Below are positions 46,313 to 46,730 of a stretch of DNA of 46,730 nt, piece after piece. The DNA lies in the NCBI GenBank assembly GCA_013349495.1, contig DUZK01000002.1, positions 1 through 46,730 on the forward strand, read 5' to 3'. The notes under the pieces were generated by a model. It was not told the origin of the DNA. It searched no databases and worked only from the letters and a program-made list of their open reading frames with translations. Positions within the stretch are counted from its first letter, which is position 1. Each line of letters opens with the position of its first letter. The position numbers were made by a program, and so were the translations under genes. Origin of the DNA: Deltaproteobacteria bacterium (GTDB taxonomy: Bacteria; Desulfobacterota; Desulfobacteria; Desulfobacterales; SURF-15).

Positions 46313-46730
<418 letters not shown>

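Overview
This 46.7-kb chromosomal window is most likely from a Desulfobacterota (Desulfobacterales-like) anaerobe. That assignment is an inference from the partial 16S at the right edge and from gene content. The window has two halves.

(1) 1-23.3 kb is an accessory glycan locus.
- A tightly coupled 14-gene minus-strand operon (15909 -> 58) is headed by a wHTH regulator.
- It encodes a NeuB-type nonulosonate synthase fused to a xylose-isomerase-like TIM barrel, and a CMP-nonulosonate synthetase.
- It also encodes a frameshifted non-hydrolysing UDP-GlcNAc 2-epimerase, a UDP-sugar dehydrogenase, glycosyltransferases, methyltransferases and five radical SAM enzymes.
- A convergent module at 16.6-20.6 kb adds two more radical SAM enzymes and a methyltransferase. 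Part of it is very AT-rich.
- That module is bracketed by a 33-bp exact direct repeat carrying an 8-1-8 palindrome, and it contains a GC-rich ~250-nt structured element.
- A TPR-sulfotransferase closes the region.

Seven radical SAM proteins sit within 20 kb around a sialic-acid-like core: three cobalamin class B and four SPASM/twitch type. The canonical aminotransferase, acetyltransferase and hydrolysing-epimerase steps are absent. This is my main candidate for undescribed chemistry.

(2) 23.3-46.7 kb is housekeeping:
- recQ
- a leaderless toxin-first RelE/ParE-XRE toxin-antitoxin pair
- tRNA-Pro(GGG)
- ldcA and a serine hydrolase
- mreBCD-mrdA-rodA
- an atp operon (b', b, delta, alpha, gamma, beta, epsilon) without a/c/I subunits
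- a GlmU-like uridylyltransferase lacking the acetyltransferase domain
- zapB-like and zapA genes followed by an unannotated 6S RNA candidate
- rny and tyrS
- tandem rRNA promoters with boxA/boxB-like elements and the 5' 418 nt of 16S rRNA

Four intergenic sites in the housekeeping half carry hairpin elements whose arms are built from short-period tandem words. I found no CRISPR array, transposase or integrase.
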